Notes: generated from the sequence alone by a model not told the origin. DNA of 58,034 nt from Trichoplax adhaerens (GCF_000150275.1 NW_002060986.1:1-58034), one strand, 5' to 3'. Positions 1 through 13,741 are shown, numbered from the stretch's first letter. Program-made: numbers and translations.

Positions 1-57
1 ACTGTTTGGAATCATATGAAATTATAGTCTCAAGTCCTTATTAGACAAATTTGGTAT
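1..57 (+). mobile_element. Fragment of a dispersed repeat, second copy at 15493-15549
   Basis: ACTGTTTGGAATCATATGAAATTATAGTCTCAAGTCCTTATTAGACAAATTTGGTAT matches 15493-15549 with 2 mismatches. Confidence 0.7.
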
Positions 58-640
58 TGTATGTCTTCCTACTTCTACTGTACAGTACAGTACTGTAGAC
101 TGGGACGAGAGAGAGCTGTTTCAGAGAAGAAAACTTTCTTGCTCTACAGTATATATACAGTACACAATATCTATTTTGACGAGAAGAAGCCGAAAAGGTC
201 TGTCCGTCCAAGCATGCTCAGTCCAGGTCTTCTTATATTACAGTCCTGTATACAGAGCTGGGCATCGAATTCGATCGCTTCAATTTTCTCTCTAGTAAAA
301 GCTGTTCCAATTGAAGTTTCTGATATACAGTACTGTCCTGTAGAGAAAATTGAAGGCATCTAATTCGATGCACACTGTAATAATACTGTATGTCTTTCTA
401 CTTCTACTGTAGACTGGGACGAGAGAGAGCTGTTTCAGAGAAGAAAACTTTCTTGCTCTACCTTACACAATATCTATTTTGACGAGATGCAGCCGAAAAG
501 GTCTGTCCGTCCAAGCGTGATCCGTCCAGGTCTCCTTTTATTATACTGTACTGTACAGAGCTCGGCATCGAATTCGATCGCTTCCATTTTCTCCATAGTA
601 AAAGCTGTTGAAATTGAAGTGTGTTCTATACTGTACTGTA
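58..640. repeat. Imperfect tandem duplication, two copies about 330 bp apart (about 58-340 and 387-633)
   Basis: Blocks such as GACTGGGACGAGAGAGAGCTGTTTCAGAGAAGAAAACTTTCTTGCTCTAC and GCCGAAAAGGTCTGTCCGTCCAAGC occur twice. The ORFs at 61 and 487 are translations of the two copies. Confidence 0.9.
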
Positions 641-2000
641 CATGTACTGTAGATTACAGTGTACAGTATGTTAACAACTGGACAGTACTGTACACTGTAC
701 CACTGCTATCGTAAGCAGTACATGGATTTAGTAGTCAATGACAGTAGACTGCATGAGTAAATCGACCGCAGATTGAGTAGTACATGGCACAGTATACTAC
801 CTATTTCCAAATCGGAATTTGGCGGGAAAAATCCCCCAAACCGCCAAACTTGCTATACTACTGTACGATACAGGACTCCGGGGTCCATTATTTTGTATCA
901 AGCCTATGTTCAATCAAGTTTGCGTGGAGGCTATTACGTAATTGCATGGAAAGGAATTAATTGATTCCATCGTTCAACTGCTCATCGGAGGAACTCTAGC
1001 ATTGCAAATTGATCAGGTTCCATCAATTAAAGGTTAATACTATATAGGGTAAGCAAGTAATAGTTTGATGAATTCTCTCCGCTCTATTGACTGCATAGAA
1101 TACTGTATGATATTGCTTTTGGATTAGCTGATTATTCAATTGTAATGTGTACTCTACCGTACAGGATGTGCTCAACTACTGAGCAAGAAATAATCACAAT
1201 AATACAGTCATAATTTATTGATCAATTTGCACCAGGACGAGTAGGTCCACATTCATATTGCTCTACTCTGCTAGACTCGACTTTATTGTGGATCTCTACA
1301 ATGAATTGATGTTGTAGTAAAGTGGACATGAATGCACAGTAAAGGGTAGACTGTACAATCGCCTAGATAGATTCATTGCTATACAAAGATTACACATGAT
1401 CGACTTATTTTTCGACACCCTATACGATATCGTAAAGGGCCAACAATGGACGATTCTGATGATTCAGTGATACACAATTGTAGTTGCATTTTCCCCTGAA
1501 ATGCAATTCAAATTCATCATGGATGTTAATAATCAATTCAATGACAAACTAGATAGAAATGGCATATTCAATATACAATTGATAGGATGTCAATGAAAAT
1601 TGACAATTTTATCTCCTGATTAGAAAAGCATCACTCGCGAATGCACTGAGATGCTAATGATCGTGCTATGGGTAGACTGTAGTACAGTATTCCAAAGCTA
1701 AAGTGATGAAGGAACGAGAAATGGTTTCGGTGCATTCCGATGATAATAGCCTATTAAGGAAAATCGCTACAGCTGTGGCAGCAAATTAACTTCATGAATA
1801 AAGATTGTCAGATTGATTGTCCCTACGCAATAAGGCTGCATTGGTCGTCACGTTTTTTGTGAATAATTATCATCGTCATGCAATGTCCAATGAGAATCAT
1901 ATATACGCAAATGTGGACAAGAATTATACTTCGACAACATTTAACGTGTTGTTACCGTATTGCTTTCGCTAGGAAGAATCCTCCAACTAGGACAATCACT

Positions 2001-5000
2001 ATGTCTCAATTATCGATATCGTAAGTTTGACAAATCAGTGCTTGCTGTATATGATAATCATTATTGAAATTATATTATACAAGGATATCATTTTCAAATG
2101 GCGATATCGTATAGATTGTATCGACATGAACTATACGAGCATCTCAAGAGGATAATCAATCGCGCTTTTAGTGCCAGACCTAATCCATTTTTTGCATTCT
2201 TTACTGCCACTATGTTGAATAGATTGCGTTTTGTAAAATCTATTTCTAAAATTTGGTATATAACACCTTTCTTTTCTGTAACTGATGTAGGCAATTCTTT
2301 GCACCGAAAAGCAACAAAGTCCCTGATAAACGACAGTAAGTTTCCAGTATTTTATTTATTCAACCAATATTGTTTTAAGTTAGTTTTATCAACTCCAGTA
2401 AATGCTATAGTAGTTTCCAGAAAATTGTCACCTTAGAATTAATTTTTTTGTCGTACTATTTATTAGAATGCGATAGGTAAACATAATCGTTCCATTTTGT
2501 TGCATTTCGGCATAGGCTTGACAGTGAAAACATAAAAGATGACAAAATTATCGATAAACAACCGCAAAAGAAGCGATCTCGTGTCATGCATCTTCCGAAC
2601 GACAGTGATGACGAAGAACATGTACAACTTACTGACTTACTTACTACTGTATTAACGACTGAGTTATTGTGGTCAATTAAAATTGTCATATTAATTGTAC
2701 TCGTATGTTTATATCGACAGGGCAACTCTACTCTATCAGATACGAATACATGTAATCCGGTAAAGAATATTCAAGCCATCCCTTTAAATGGAAATAGTGC
2801 GACTTCAAGCAACTCTGGTAATCATACAATGCTGGATGGAGATGACTGTAATACAAACAAAGAGGCCAGTCATGTTGAAGAGAAGGACTCGTTATCTCCA
2901 AGGATAAAAAGTACGTATTATTACAAGGATATGACAGGAAGATGTTTTGCGCTTAAGAACAATCACTTTGGTTAAAAATAGATTAGAATCTAGTGTTTAG
3001 CTAACAACTATAAGTCTGCAACATAGCTTATAACTATCTGTGCTACTGTGATTACTGATACACTTTATAACCGATGAAATGCTATAGCTGAAAAGCGTGA
3101 TGCAATGGCTTCCAGCAATGAAGATTGTATGAACCAGAAAGAAGACGATGCGCCAGTGCAAACACCGTACGATGATAGACTTGATATTGCGCATGAATCT
3201 TGCATCGTTTGTGCATTATTACATCGTTTTACGGTTTTACTCTTTGATAGGCAAGTAGACTATGAAGATATCAAGCCCGTTGATGGACCTTTGTATTCTC
3301 CATCTAAGGAATCTTACCATCCTATACGAGATGCTTGCTGGGCCTTAAAGCAAAGGTATTCCATATGTATTATTTCTTGGAAAAAATAATGTTAAAAGAG
3401 AAGTAGTGTGTGTATTCTTGAAATTCATACTATATAATAATGCGTGGATATCTTGCAGTTATGGAATAGTTATACAGCTGTAAAATATTATCTGTTTTGG
3501 AAGGATAGATTCAATAAATAAATGTTGCTGTGTACCTGGTATGCCAATAATATGGATTGATTAAAGGGTTCATGAATTTAAAATTTTTATATCGTTGTCT
3601 AGAGTCCCATACATTGCTATATCTCGAACATTCGATGAAATCGAAGCTACTTCAGCACGGTAAAATATTCTAGAGAGTAAATCTTAGATCATTTTTATAT
3701 CACACTGGATTGACGTCAATTCGCCTTAATATAATTAGAGGATATAAAATATGAAATATTTACTACACAGCTTTTGCAGACTGTTACGTATTTTGCAGAA
3801 TTACTGCAGAGACTATTGTCCTGCCTAGTATTGCAGATGAGACTGATTAGAATAGCTTGGAAATCATTCATATTGTTTCTATGAAATTTTTAAACGGTTC
3901 ATTTATAGGTATTCAGCATTTCATTTACTATTATGTATTGGGTTCTTAGATTAAAAATTATTTCAACGCTGCGAAATTTTTTCCGATCTGTAATCATTTT
4001 AACGCCAGAAGATTTAACGTTCTGTGTTTATATGTGCCTGAATAAGGTAAGTTCTAATTTCCGTAGAAATTTCGATAAATGCTTACATATTATTATAAAG
4101 GTTAAAAGAAATGCTAAAGGTATATCCTTATAACTTATAGGTTGGTCCAGCTTATGAGGGATTAGAATTAGGTATCGGCGAAACAATACTAATGAAAGCG
4201 ATTGCACAAGCAACAGGTACCGTGAACTACTTCTTTTTTAGTTGTCCAACTTGTAAAATACACAAACTAATCTATGAGGGAGTCAATCTTTAATTCTGAT
4301 GTCTTTTCTAACTTCAAGGCCGAAGCTTAGCCTCAATTAAGGCAGATGTTACAGAACGTGGTGACGTTGGGATTGTAGCGGAGGTGAGTTTTATATTTTA
4401 TGAGAGTAATTACTCCTATACCATTATATGGTTGTTTTTATTAATTCCAATAACGAATAATTTGTAGACTAGTCGTAGCAATCAACGAACAATGTTTACT
4501 CCAGCTAAACTTACAGTGCGCAGCGTATTTTCAAAGCTTAAAGACATTGCAAAAATGACTGGAACAGCAGTACGTTGCAAAATTTGAATTTACCGTTACT
4601 CGATTGTGTGTAATGTTATTGTGAGCGGCTATTTAAACTTGTATATGTGCATAACTTGTTGCATTTTTGTATAACTTTTAAAGTCAATGAACAGAAAGTC
4701 GGATAAAATCAAGGAGATGTTTGTAGCTTGCAGACACTCGGAAGCGAGATTTCTAATGAGGTTTAACGAGATTATTTCGACTACTAGGTGAACATCTAAG
4801 CATTATAGTTTCGGTCCTAATTTGTATATCAATATGATCTAGATCTTTAGGTGGAAAATTAAGAATTGGCCTAGCTGAGCAATCAGTTCTAGTTGCATTG
4901 GCACATGCCACTATCTATACACCATCAAATCAAGGTAGGCGATCGTGTGTAGCCCTTGCATCGCTTGCAAACTGCTTGTTTGTTAATTATTTTTTACATA

Positions 5001-7807
5001 TTGCGCTCGCTAATTTCTAACGCCATGCCTCATATTTAAATGTAGTATATCCACCGCATATAATAGATGCTAGCAAAGGTAAGGCAGTTGATGCTTTCAA
5101 GAAAGAATTAGACAATGGGGCTTTGTTACTAAAGGATGCACACTGGTAATTAGAATTTCACTCTTTCGTTTCTGGTACCTTCGTATACCTAGTGTACAAG
5201 TAATTTATGTATATTGTTAACAGCCAGTGTCCAAATTACGATCTTGTCATACCGGCCCTTTTAAAATATGGTATTCACGAATTATCGGAACATTGCAAAT
5301 TGTCCCCAGGTTATAATTTATGATGAACATTTTGCTACAGTGAAGTAATGAATTTTATTCAATCAATTGTGATCTACCTTATACTACTGTTTAGGTGTTC
5401 CTTTGAAGCCTATGCTTGCTCATCCAACTAAAGGAATACATGAAGTATTGAAACGCCTAGAAGATAAAAGTTTTGCTTGTGAATATAAATATGATGGGGA
5501 AAGGGCTCAGGTAGGCTAATATCAGTCGTTATAGGAAATAAAACTTCATTGACTGATGTTGTTTACACTAAAAGTTTCAATATTTTGTAGATTCATTTAT
5601 TAGATAATGGAGAAGTGCAAATTTATAGTCGCAATTGTGAGAACAATACCACAAAGTATCCAGATATAATCATGCGTATGCCAGAGGTAAAATTGGATCA
5701 CATCAACTCCTTCATTATTGATACGGAAGCTGTCGCTTGGGATAAAGAAAAACAGCAGATTTTACCTTTTCAGATCTTAAGCACCAGGAAACGTAAGGTA
5801 ATTTCATATTACGGCCCAAGTATTGCAGCAGTAATTCTTCGAAGCCTTTGTTTGCTAGAATTATAATCGGTTATCACGGGATAGCATAGCGAAAAAATTT
5901 GTAAAATTTGAAATTAATGTGTCGAATCGGTATTTAATGTGACGTTTTAAACTTGCGTGTTTTTAGGACGTTGATGCTAATGAAATCAAAGTCCAAGTTT
6001 GTGTTTATGCATTTGATATGTTGTACTGCAATGGCAAGGTAACATTTTAAAGCTGCTACTTTGCTAATCCAGACTAGTTTACATTGCAGTATTTTAATGA
6101 CTAAGTTTGGATCTATTTTCTTGCACTTTTCATAGTCTTTGGTTAAAGAAACTTTCGAGAAACGAAGATCGGTGTTGAGGTCATCCTTTAAAGAAGTAGA
6201 GGGGGTAATGCCATTTAATAATAGCTGCCGTTCAATACGATTCTTTGACTTAACTGGTAATTTTTTCTCAATTTTTAGGAATTTGTGTTTGCAAAGTCAA
6301 GGATCTCTGCAGACACAGAAGAAATTGGCGAATTTCTTGATGAATCTATTAAAGGTAAGAATGAAGCGATTTTATTCTAAGAAACTAAAGCATTTTGTGT
6401 GAATTATATAAGTTAAATTAAATTTTAATTCATCACCATAGTTATGACTTTAAGATTTAATTAATTGCACACTCGTGATTATATTTAGGTAATTGTGAAG
6501 GACTGATGGTTAAAACTTTACAAATCGAAGCTACTTATGAAATTGCCAAACGATCTCATAGCTGGTTGAAGGTTTGTTTTTTTCTTATTTTTTCTATTAC
6601 TGATGAAAGCTGCCTACATGCACTTGTATGATAAGGTTTGCGTACTTCTTGTTGCTTGACTAACGAATGAAAAGCATACTTGATACGATTGAATTCTCAT
6701 GCTGTTTAGTTGATACTTTAATGATTATGTAATTCTTTTATGAATAGCTGAAAAAGGACTATTTGGAAGGTGTTGGTGATACTTTGGATCTAGTCGTCAT
6801 TGGAGGTTATCTTGGTAAGGGGAAGAGAACAGGAACATATGGTGGTTTTTTGTTGGCATGTTATAACGATGAAGACGAAGAGTTTCAGTCAATATGTAAG
6901 GTATGGTGACTACGTTTGTTCACGCATAGTTTGATCCTAAATAGTTCACCAATAAATTTCTTTTTAACTTTAAATAAATATTCGTACTGTAATTGAATGT
7001 TATTTCGGTTCAATATTTGTAGATTGGAACAGGATTTAAAGATGTTGAATTAGAACAGCACACAAACTTTCTCAAGCAGCAAACTATTGAAAAACCGAAA
7101 TCTTACTATCGCTATGATAGTAGTGTCCAACCGGATCATTGGTTTGAAGCTGTACAAGTAAGTGTCAATGTAGGAATGTTGTCAATGTCGCTATTTAATG
7201 ATGTGCATTATACTGTAATTTATACAGGTATGGGAAGTTAAAGTAGCTGATCTATCGATATCACCAGTTCATAAGGCTGCCGCTGGAATAGTAAGTTTCA
7301 TTGTCATATCTATACAGAGCAAAGTGGCTTCATTTGTCATTATTATATGCTGAATTCATGTCAATGCCTAGTCTAGGGTCTGTATTAGCAATGCTAGAAA
7401 CGATCACAGTTAAGCTTGTGCTTATGACAGAACTATAGGACAATATTTCTCCTAATAGTGTATTAGTGTGCTTTAATTATTTATTTATAATAATTTGTGA
7501 TTGATAAAGGTTGATCCAGAGAAGGGAATATCTTTGCGATTTCCTCGATTTCTACGTATTCGTGATGACAAAAAACCGGAAGAAGCTACAACAGCTTCTC
7601 AGGTAGGAAATTTGCAGTCTTTTGCGAATGCTTATAAAATGGACTTGAATATTCCCTCTGCTAAATTCTAATTATTATTTCACTACAGTATATGGCTGTT
7701 TATGACTTTCTAATAATTAATTCATGCAGGTTGCGGTTTTGTATAGAAGTCAACAAAATATAGTTAGTGCTTCGGCTGGTAATGAAGATTTCGAAGATTA
7801 TTACTGA
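2001..7807 (+). CDS. LIG1: DNA ligase 1 (multi-exon, more than 20 exons)
   Basis: Spliced N-terminus MSQLSIS|QFFAPK (exons 2001-2020 and from 2291) gives a PCNA PIP box QxxIxxFF. Other motifs: [12 protein letters not shown] and adenylation motif [10 protein letters not shown] (about 5400-5510), [35 protein letters not shown]. Ends EDFEDYY-TGA at 7807. GT-AG introns throughout. Confidence 0.96.
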
Positions 7808-8599
7808 TTGTATAACGTTTAACGTCCTTGGAACGGTTATGGAGATGAAAATGTTTATAAAATCTACTTTCTAGGCAGTCTATGAAGAATTCGTGATTGA
7901 TGAGTTTTTATTATTTTTGAAGGCAAGAACTTTTGTACATTTTCGCTAAGTATATTTTACTACTCGTCTAGTTGCTTCCGTTTCGTAGTTGCGAAATCAA
8001 CTTACATAGTGTAACATCTGTTTAACCAGGATTGTATATGCAATTCGATAGTACTGTACTGTACTTGAGCCTTTATCTGATTATATATATGTCTATACAG
8101 ATTATAATGAAGTATTATTATTATTATTATTAAATGAGATTTTGATACTGTATGGTAGATGAATTAAGGATGTCCATTTCCGTATTCATACGCGTATCAT
8201 GGGCTACTGAAACTAGTAGATGATTCGCATGTACTTGGATGGTATTAGCTAAATTACTAATCGATGTGCAGTACTGATAGAAGTCAATTAATTGGGCATT
8301 TGCCTCGATCGTCCTAGAGAACTACACTAGTTGTACTGATTGCCTTGCATAGTTGGATCAGAAGTACACCACTGCAACAGCGGTGAAGCGATACCACTTT
8401 ACAGTCGTTACTTCACGCATTGTGATGGCAACTAGCCGATCACAAGCTCGGAATCGTACAACCACCGACTGTTTTGAAGGATAAGCGAATGTTGTTATGA
8501 ACTTTGTAAATAGTCTATCAATCCATATGCAGTCAAACTATTTGCTAGATTGACGATTACCTCGTGGGTGATTAGCTGACTGTCAACAACAAGATTGCG

Positions 8600-9400
8600 G
8601 GCATGTTTATGCGTGTGATGTATTGCCAGAAACGCGTTCAGTTGACTGTACCACAGTACAGTACAGCAGATACAGTACTTGGAAAATTGTACTGCATAGT
8701 GCATACTGTACACTGTACAGTAGAATAATGGACCAGCGCCCACTCGCACGCTGTTTCTGTCCTACTACAGTATGCTAATTTCTTGCTGTCGATTCTGCTG
8801 CGAAAAATTGCCATCCTATCTTGTATACTGTACTGGACTGTGAATGACTTTGAACTGAGCGTTTACATCCAAATTGCACGTATCAAGCTACAGCATGTTG
8901 TAGTGTAGTCAGTGTGCTGCTTAGTGTGTTGAGTGTTAAAATTGGAGAAATGCGGCAGCAAATGAGCACCGGCCATTGGATGTGTTACTGTTACAAGACA
9001 TTACAGTACAGCACACCGGTAAATGGAGCGGTGGCGAAATGCGCAGGTGCAGTACAGTACACTCACAGTACTGTACCTCTCTATACGCTCATACTGTACA
9101 GTCAGTGTCAATATTGTCATAGGGCAGACGTACACTGTACTCAATGTATTGTACGTCACACTAAAGTACTGTACAGTATAACCATACGTTGTACAGTACA
9201 GACTACAGTACAATATTGTCCAGTTTACAGTATACCAAGTTCATGTACTGTAATGCTACTGTACTGTGTACAGTATACCATTCCGCCAAACGCTGGCACA
9301 ACGCACCCTATGATACAGTAGACTAATGGTGATAGTTCTGTACTGTACGGTCACGAATTAACTGAACCATTGGCCAGCAAATACTGTACAGTACTGGACG
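8600..9400. repeat. CAGTA/TACTG (TACTGTACAGTA-type) low-complexity field
   Basis: Dense TACAGTA, TACTGTA and CAGTACTG words, which generate spurious YCTVQYS-rich ORFs. Confidence 0.8.
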
Positions 9401-10671
9401 TCACGGATGACTGGATGAGAAGATGTGAAAATTTTTTTTTTTTTTCTAGACTCCAAATTTTTTTTCCCTTGTCTATTTTTCACTACTCGTTCCTTGCAGT
9501 TAACCTTCACTTTCCCACAATGGAGAGAAATTGAAGAAAAGCACTTTCTCAAAGCTTTCATGTCGTAATACTGTATTAAGATAAGGTATTAGTCTAGTCG
9601 TCAAAGTTTGCTGTTGTCAGATGAGATCCCAGCGTACGTTGACAGAGTACTGTACACTTTGCTGGACAGAAACATGAAATCAATCAATCAATCAAGCATT
9701 TATGAAACAACTTGGCGTCTTGCTTGTTCAATCTTNTTGGGCGAGATGTGAATAAAATAATGTTTCGTTTTNTTCGTTACTGGGAGCTTTTGTTGAACGC
9801 ACTATAACTATCTCCTCGAAGGATTAGCCAGTATAAATTGGATTAATTAATTAATTTAGGCTATCTCTTCTCAAAGGGCTATTGAGTGCAGCAGTACGGT
9901 AACAGTGGAGTCTTTCTGGAAGGATACTATTGCATCAGCTGAAAAAATCATACTAAAAATATGGAATAAAAACAAGTAAACGTGAGCTATTATGCAAGAA
10001 TGAGCCATTTTATTGCCGATATTGATTCCAGTTCGAAAAAAGGCGATAAATTAGCGAGTAGAAATCAACTGGAATACAAATTATAGAATCAAATATTAAA
10101 AATAAACGAGAAACAACGTACAATAGCTATTGACGATAACTTATAGCAGGCACTGGAAAATACAGCGAATCTTTAATCAATTTTTTCGGCAATAAACAAA
10201 TTTACCAACCGAAGCAGGAAATTGATGATATCTACAATCATCTTCAACCGCATTGATGCAGTAGTAAATAAGTATATATTGTACACTATTCGTATGCGCG
10301 TAAATCTTAGTTCAAGAAAAATTGTATCAACATCCATTTCATACACGGTCATGACTCCAATCAACTATAGAATATCTTTATCTCACAGATTGAATATAGT
10401 ACAGCAATTCTACCGCACAATACTATACAGGATCATACATTTTTTTAATAATAATAATATGTCGGAAACATAAAAATCGCTATAGCGATTTGTGCATAGT
10501 ATACTATATTATGGGTGGGAATCTATACAATTTATACAGTACAGACTTTTAATAAAAGAGGACCACATATTAATGCTGTCCTTTTTCAACAATTTATCAA
10601 CTTATCTATACATGGCATTTTTAAAATCTTCACTACAGCTGGCATTGCTACCGACATCTAAAACGCCAGCT

Positions 10672-11478
10672 TTAATTCACCACCACTTCATACTGCGGGA
10701 AATGATTCATCTGAGAATTGTTCCTATTTGTCCCGCTTTGTGAGTAGTCTACATTATTATTACTTTGTTGGTGATGTTGCTGATATTGTTGGTAGTGATT
10801 GTGATGCATTGGGCTACCTTGCATTGGTTCCATATTGAAGCTGTCGCTTAACTCAGTTCTAGAAAGTCCAGAATCAAAATATTGAGGTTGGCCCGAGGCC
10901 ATGGTGTAACTCTGGCTGAATCCCATCGAAGTTGTTCCAGTGGTAGGTATCCACAAAGAGTTGCGAGTGTAAAAGCCTTTGGGCGAGTCACCACTGCCTT
11001 GAGCGGGAGTGAAGCTGTCATTAACAGTTAAGCCATTCTTCAACTGTTGTTCCATCATCTTGTAGTCGTTACTTTGGTTATAAGTATACTGCATGCCGTT
11101 AGTATTGGGTGCACTATACAAAGTTTTGATCGCTCGCTGGTCGTTGATGCGATATGACACTTCATTGGGATCAATCCATAAGTATAACTTATTAGGAAAA
11201 TGTTTAGCAATAATTTGGGATGATACACCAACTTTTTTCGCCGCTTGTTCTAAAAGTGGATGTAGCTTGCCGTTGATGACTATACATCGGTAAGCGCTAC
11301 CTTTACTCGGTTGTTGAGGATACCAGTGGCCGTCGAATTTGGCTGTCACAGCAAGTTCCAACTCAGAAGCGAACTGGTCCAAGCCACTCTGCGGCAAACT
11401 CTCATCTTTAATGTAAGAAAGTAAAAAATCAATTCCAATCCTGATCAGACTGTCCATCTTCGGTGGTGGTTCGTTCAT
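10672..11478 (-). CDS. TOB: BTG/Tob family antiproliferative protein (CAF1 deadenylase adaptor), intronless, Tob-like
   Basis: 268-aa ORF with BTG box A (HWYPQQPSKGSAYRCIVIN) and box B (FPNKLYLWIDPNEVSYRI). Long S/Q/N/H-rich tail ending PQYEVVVN, resembling Tob C-termini. The family is secure; subfamily assignment is less so. Confidence 0.9.
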   Translation of the reverse strand: MNEPPPKMDSLIRIGIDFLLSYIKDESLPQSGLDQFASELELAVTAKFDGHWYPQQPSKGSAYRCIVINGKLHPLLEQAAKKVGVSSQIIAKHFPNKLYLWIDPNEVSYRINDQRAIKTLYSAPNTNGMQYTYNQSNDYKMMEQQLKNGLTVNDSFTPAQGSGDSPKGFYTRNSLWIPTTGTTSMGFSQSYTMASGQPQYFDSGLSRTELSDSFNMEPMQGSPMHHNHYQQYQQHHQQSNNNVDYSQSGTNRNNSQMNHFPQYEVVVN

Positions 11479-11739
11479 GTTGAATAGTAAAACTGCTACT
11501 GTACAACTGCAGTAATGCTACTTTTGGATAAATTGTAACTGAATAGCAACTCAAGTGGCTTGGATTATCTACCAATTTGAGATTTTTCACTGGACTAATT
11601 TTTTTTTCTAATGAACGAAAAAAAATCTCCTTCAATGTTTTTCTGCAGTAAAAATCAACAACCCTTACAAACTAACTGGGACCCCCGAAAAGTGACCCAA
11701 TTTAACAGGGGCAAGATTTTGATCCACTAATTAGGATTA

Positions 11740-11890
11740 CGCTGATTGGTGAAGTGGTAGCCAATCGCTATCCCTGAAAGGTCTATTGGACCAATCGCGC
11801 TATTATACTCGTCTGTTCGAGCTATATTTAGATGATGTTTATAAACACAACGCCGCAGTCAGCTGACAAAGTTGCTTAGTGACATCACAA
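11740..11890 (-). promoter_or_regulatory. Probable BTG/Tob promoter: four CCAAT boxes, a palindromic forkhead-type site and a CRE-like site
   Basis: ATTGG at 11745 and 11785, CCAAT at 11761 and 11791, TGTTTATAAACA at 11836-11847, TGACATCA at 11880-11887. All lie 270-410 bp upstream of the ATG. Confidence 0.6.
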
Positions 11891-11934
11891 CAGGCTGTCA
11901 ACTGATTGACTCATAATAGCTTGCAGTGTGTGTC

Positions 11935-12860
11935 CATTGTACACTTGTACACTTGTACAGTACAGTACAGTAACATGACATGTAATGGTTTGAATTTGCT
12001 GTAGTCATAGAGATACAACTAAACCTGGATCACTTACACTACACACTACGCTGTACTGTACAGTATACTGTACTGCACGTACTGTACACTGTAGAGTACA
12101 ATACTCCATTGTGCCGTCCGTACAGACAGTACAGTACAGTACAGTACTGTCATTGGTAATCTCGAATGACTACAGTACAGTACTGTATGTTGTCTGACAA
12201 CTTGTCTCTACACGTACTGTACTGCAGCAGGTTTACGTCCTGTTGTTCGATCGCGTCGCACAGTCAAGAGTTACATGAAGCTACAGTACTGTAGGCTAGT
12301 CCAGAATGAATGACTCATGCCATGCAGCACCAAGTCAAGTGCGGGGGTCGGTCTTGTAATCTGTCTGTAGTCATGTACGTAGTCACGTACGTAAAAGACA
12401 CAACAGCATAATGCAATATTGCGACTTGCATCGACGCATTTGTTTATTTTTAGCTCACTGCAGTGACAGCACCCCGCCAAGCCCAAGGGAAAAACTAGTA
12501 CGGTCAGGCGTGTCATTTTGGGGGAAATTGGAAAACTTACTTCGCGTGCTTTCACACTGCGACACATGGCACTCTTCTACAAGTACGTACAGTATACTGT
12601 ATTACATGGGAACTTTGGGGCATTGAAACAAAGGTCTTTTCTTGTTCTTCATCACTAGAGTACAGTACTGTACAGTACACCAGAGACCCTGACTGTACTG
12701 TACTGTACAGAACAAAACCAGAGCCACAGATACTGTACACTGTACAGTACAGTACCGCAAAATTGAAAAGAGCAGAATAAAATACAGATTGAAAAAGCTT
12801 CTGTCGTAATACTGTACAATTATTATTGTAGGTAGATTGTTCCTGTACGCAGTACTGTAG
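11935..12860. repeat. CAGTA/TACTG low-complexity field upstream of BTG/Tob
   Basis: (CAGTA)n runs and TACTGTACAGTA palindromes. Confidence 0.8.
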
Positions 12861-12917
12861 ATTGGCATTCAGAGAAGTAACTCATAATGGAAAGTTTAGT
12901 GGAAGAAGTGAGAAAAT

Positions 12918-13741
12918 NNNNNNNNNNNNNNNNNNNNNNNNNNNNNNNNNNNNNNNNNNNNNNNNNNNNNNNNNNNNNNNNNNNNNNNNNNNNNNNNNNN
13001 NNNNNNNNNNNNNNNNNNNNNNNNNNNNNNNNNNNNNNNNNNNNNNNNNNNNNNNNNNNNNNNNNNNNNNNNNNNNNNNNNNNNNNNNNNNNNNNNNNNN
13101 NNNNNNNNNNNNNNNNNNNNNNNNNNNNNNNNNNNNNNNNNNNNNNNNNNNNNNNNNNNNNNNNNNNNNNNNNNNNNNNNNNNNNNNNNNNNNNNNNNNN
13201 NNNNNNNNNNNNNNNNNNNNNNNNNNNNNNNNNNNNNNNNNNNNNNNNNNNNNNNNNNNNNNNNNNNNNNNNNNNNNNNNNNNNNNNNNNNNNNNNNNNN
13301 NNNNNNNNNNNNNNNNNNNNNNNNNNNNNNNNNNNNNNNNNNNNNNNNNNNNNNNNNNNNNNNNNNNNNNNNNNNNNNNNNNNNNNNNNNNNNNNNNNNN
13401 NNNNNNNNNNNNNNNNNNNNNNNNNNNNNNNNNNNNNNNNNNNNNNNNNNNNNNNNNNNNNNNNNNNNNNNNNNNNNNNNNNNNNNNNNNNNNNNNNNNN
13501 NNNNNNNNNNNNNNNNNNNNNNNNNNNNNNNNNNNNNNNNNNNNNNNNNNNNNNNNNNNNNNNNNNNNNNNNNNNNNNNNNNNNNNNNNNNNNNNNNNNN
13601 NNNNNNNNNNNNNNNNNNNNNNNNNNNNNNNNNNNNNNNNNNNNNNNNNNNNNNNNNNNNNNNNNNNNNNNNNNNNNNNNNNNNNNNNNNNNNNNNNNNN
13701 NNNNNNNNNNNNNNNNNNNNNNNNNNNNNNNNNNNNNNNNN
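12918..13741. other. Assembly gap
   Basis: Run of N. Confidence 0.99.

Noticed and set aside
61-964. ORFs at 61, 171, 487 and 773
   Set aside because: They are translations of the tandem duplication and CAGTA repeats, with no recognisable domain.
4120-4140. U12-type intron in LIG1 suggested by a TCCTTATAAC branch-like sequence
   Set aside because: The donor of that intron is a standard GTAAGT, not RTATCCTT.
8495-9561. Cys/Tyr/Thr/Val-rich ORFs (YCTVQYS-type), also at 12271-12868, 13902-15511, 24750-26337 and 30708-30924
   Set aside because: The composition follows directly from TACTGTACAGTA repeats, which lack stop codons in several frames. They are not metallothionein-like or other Cys-rich proteins.
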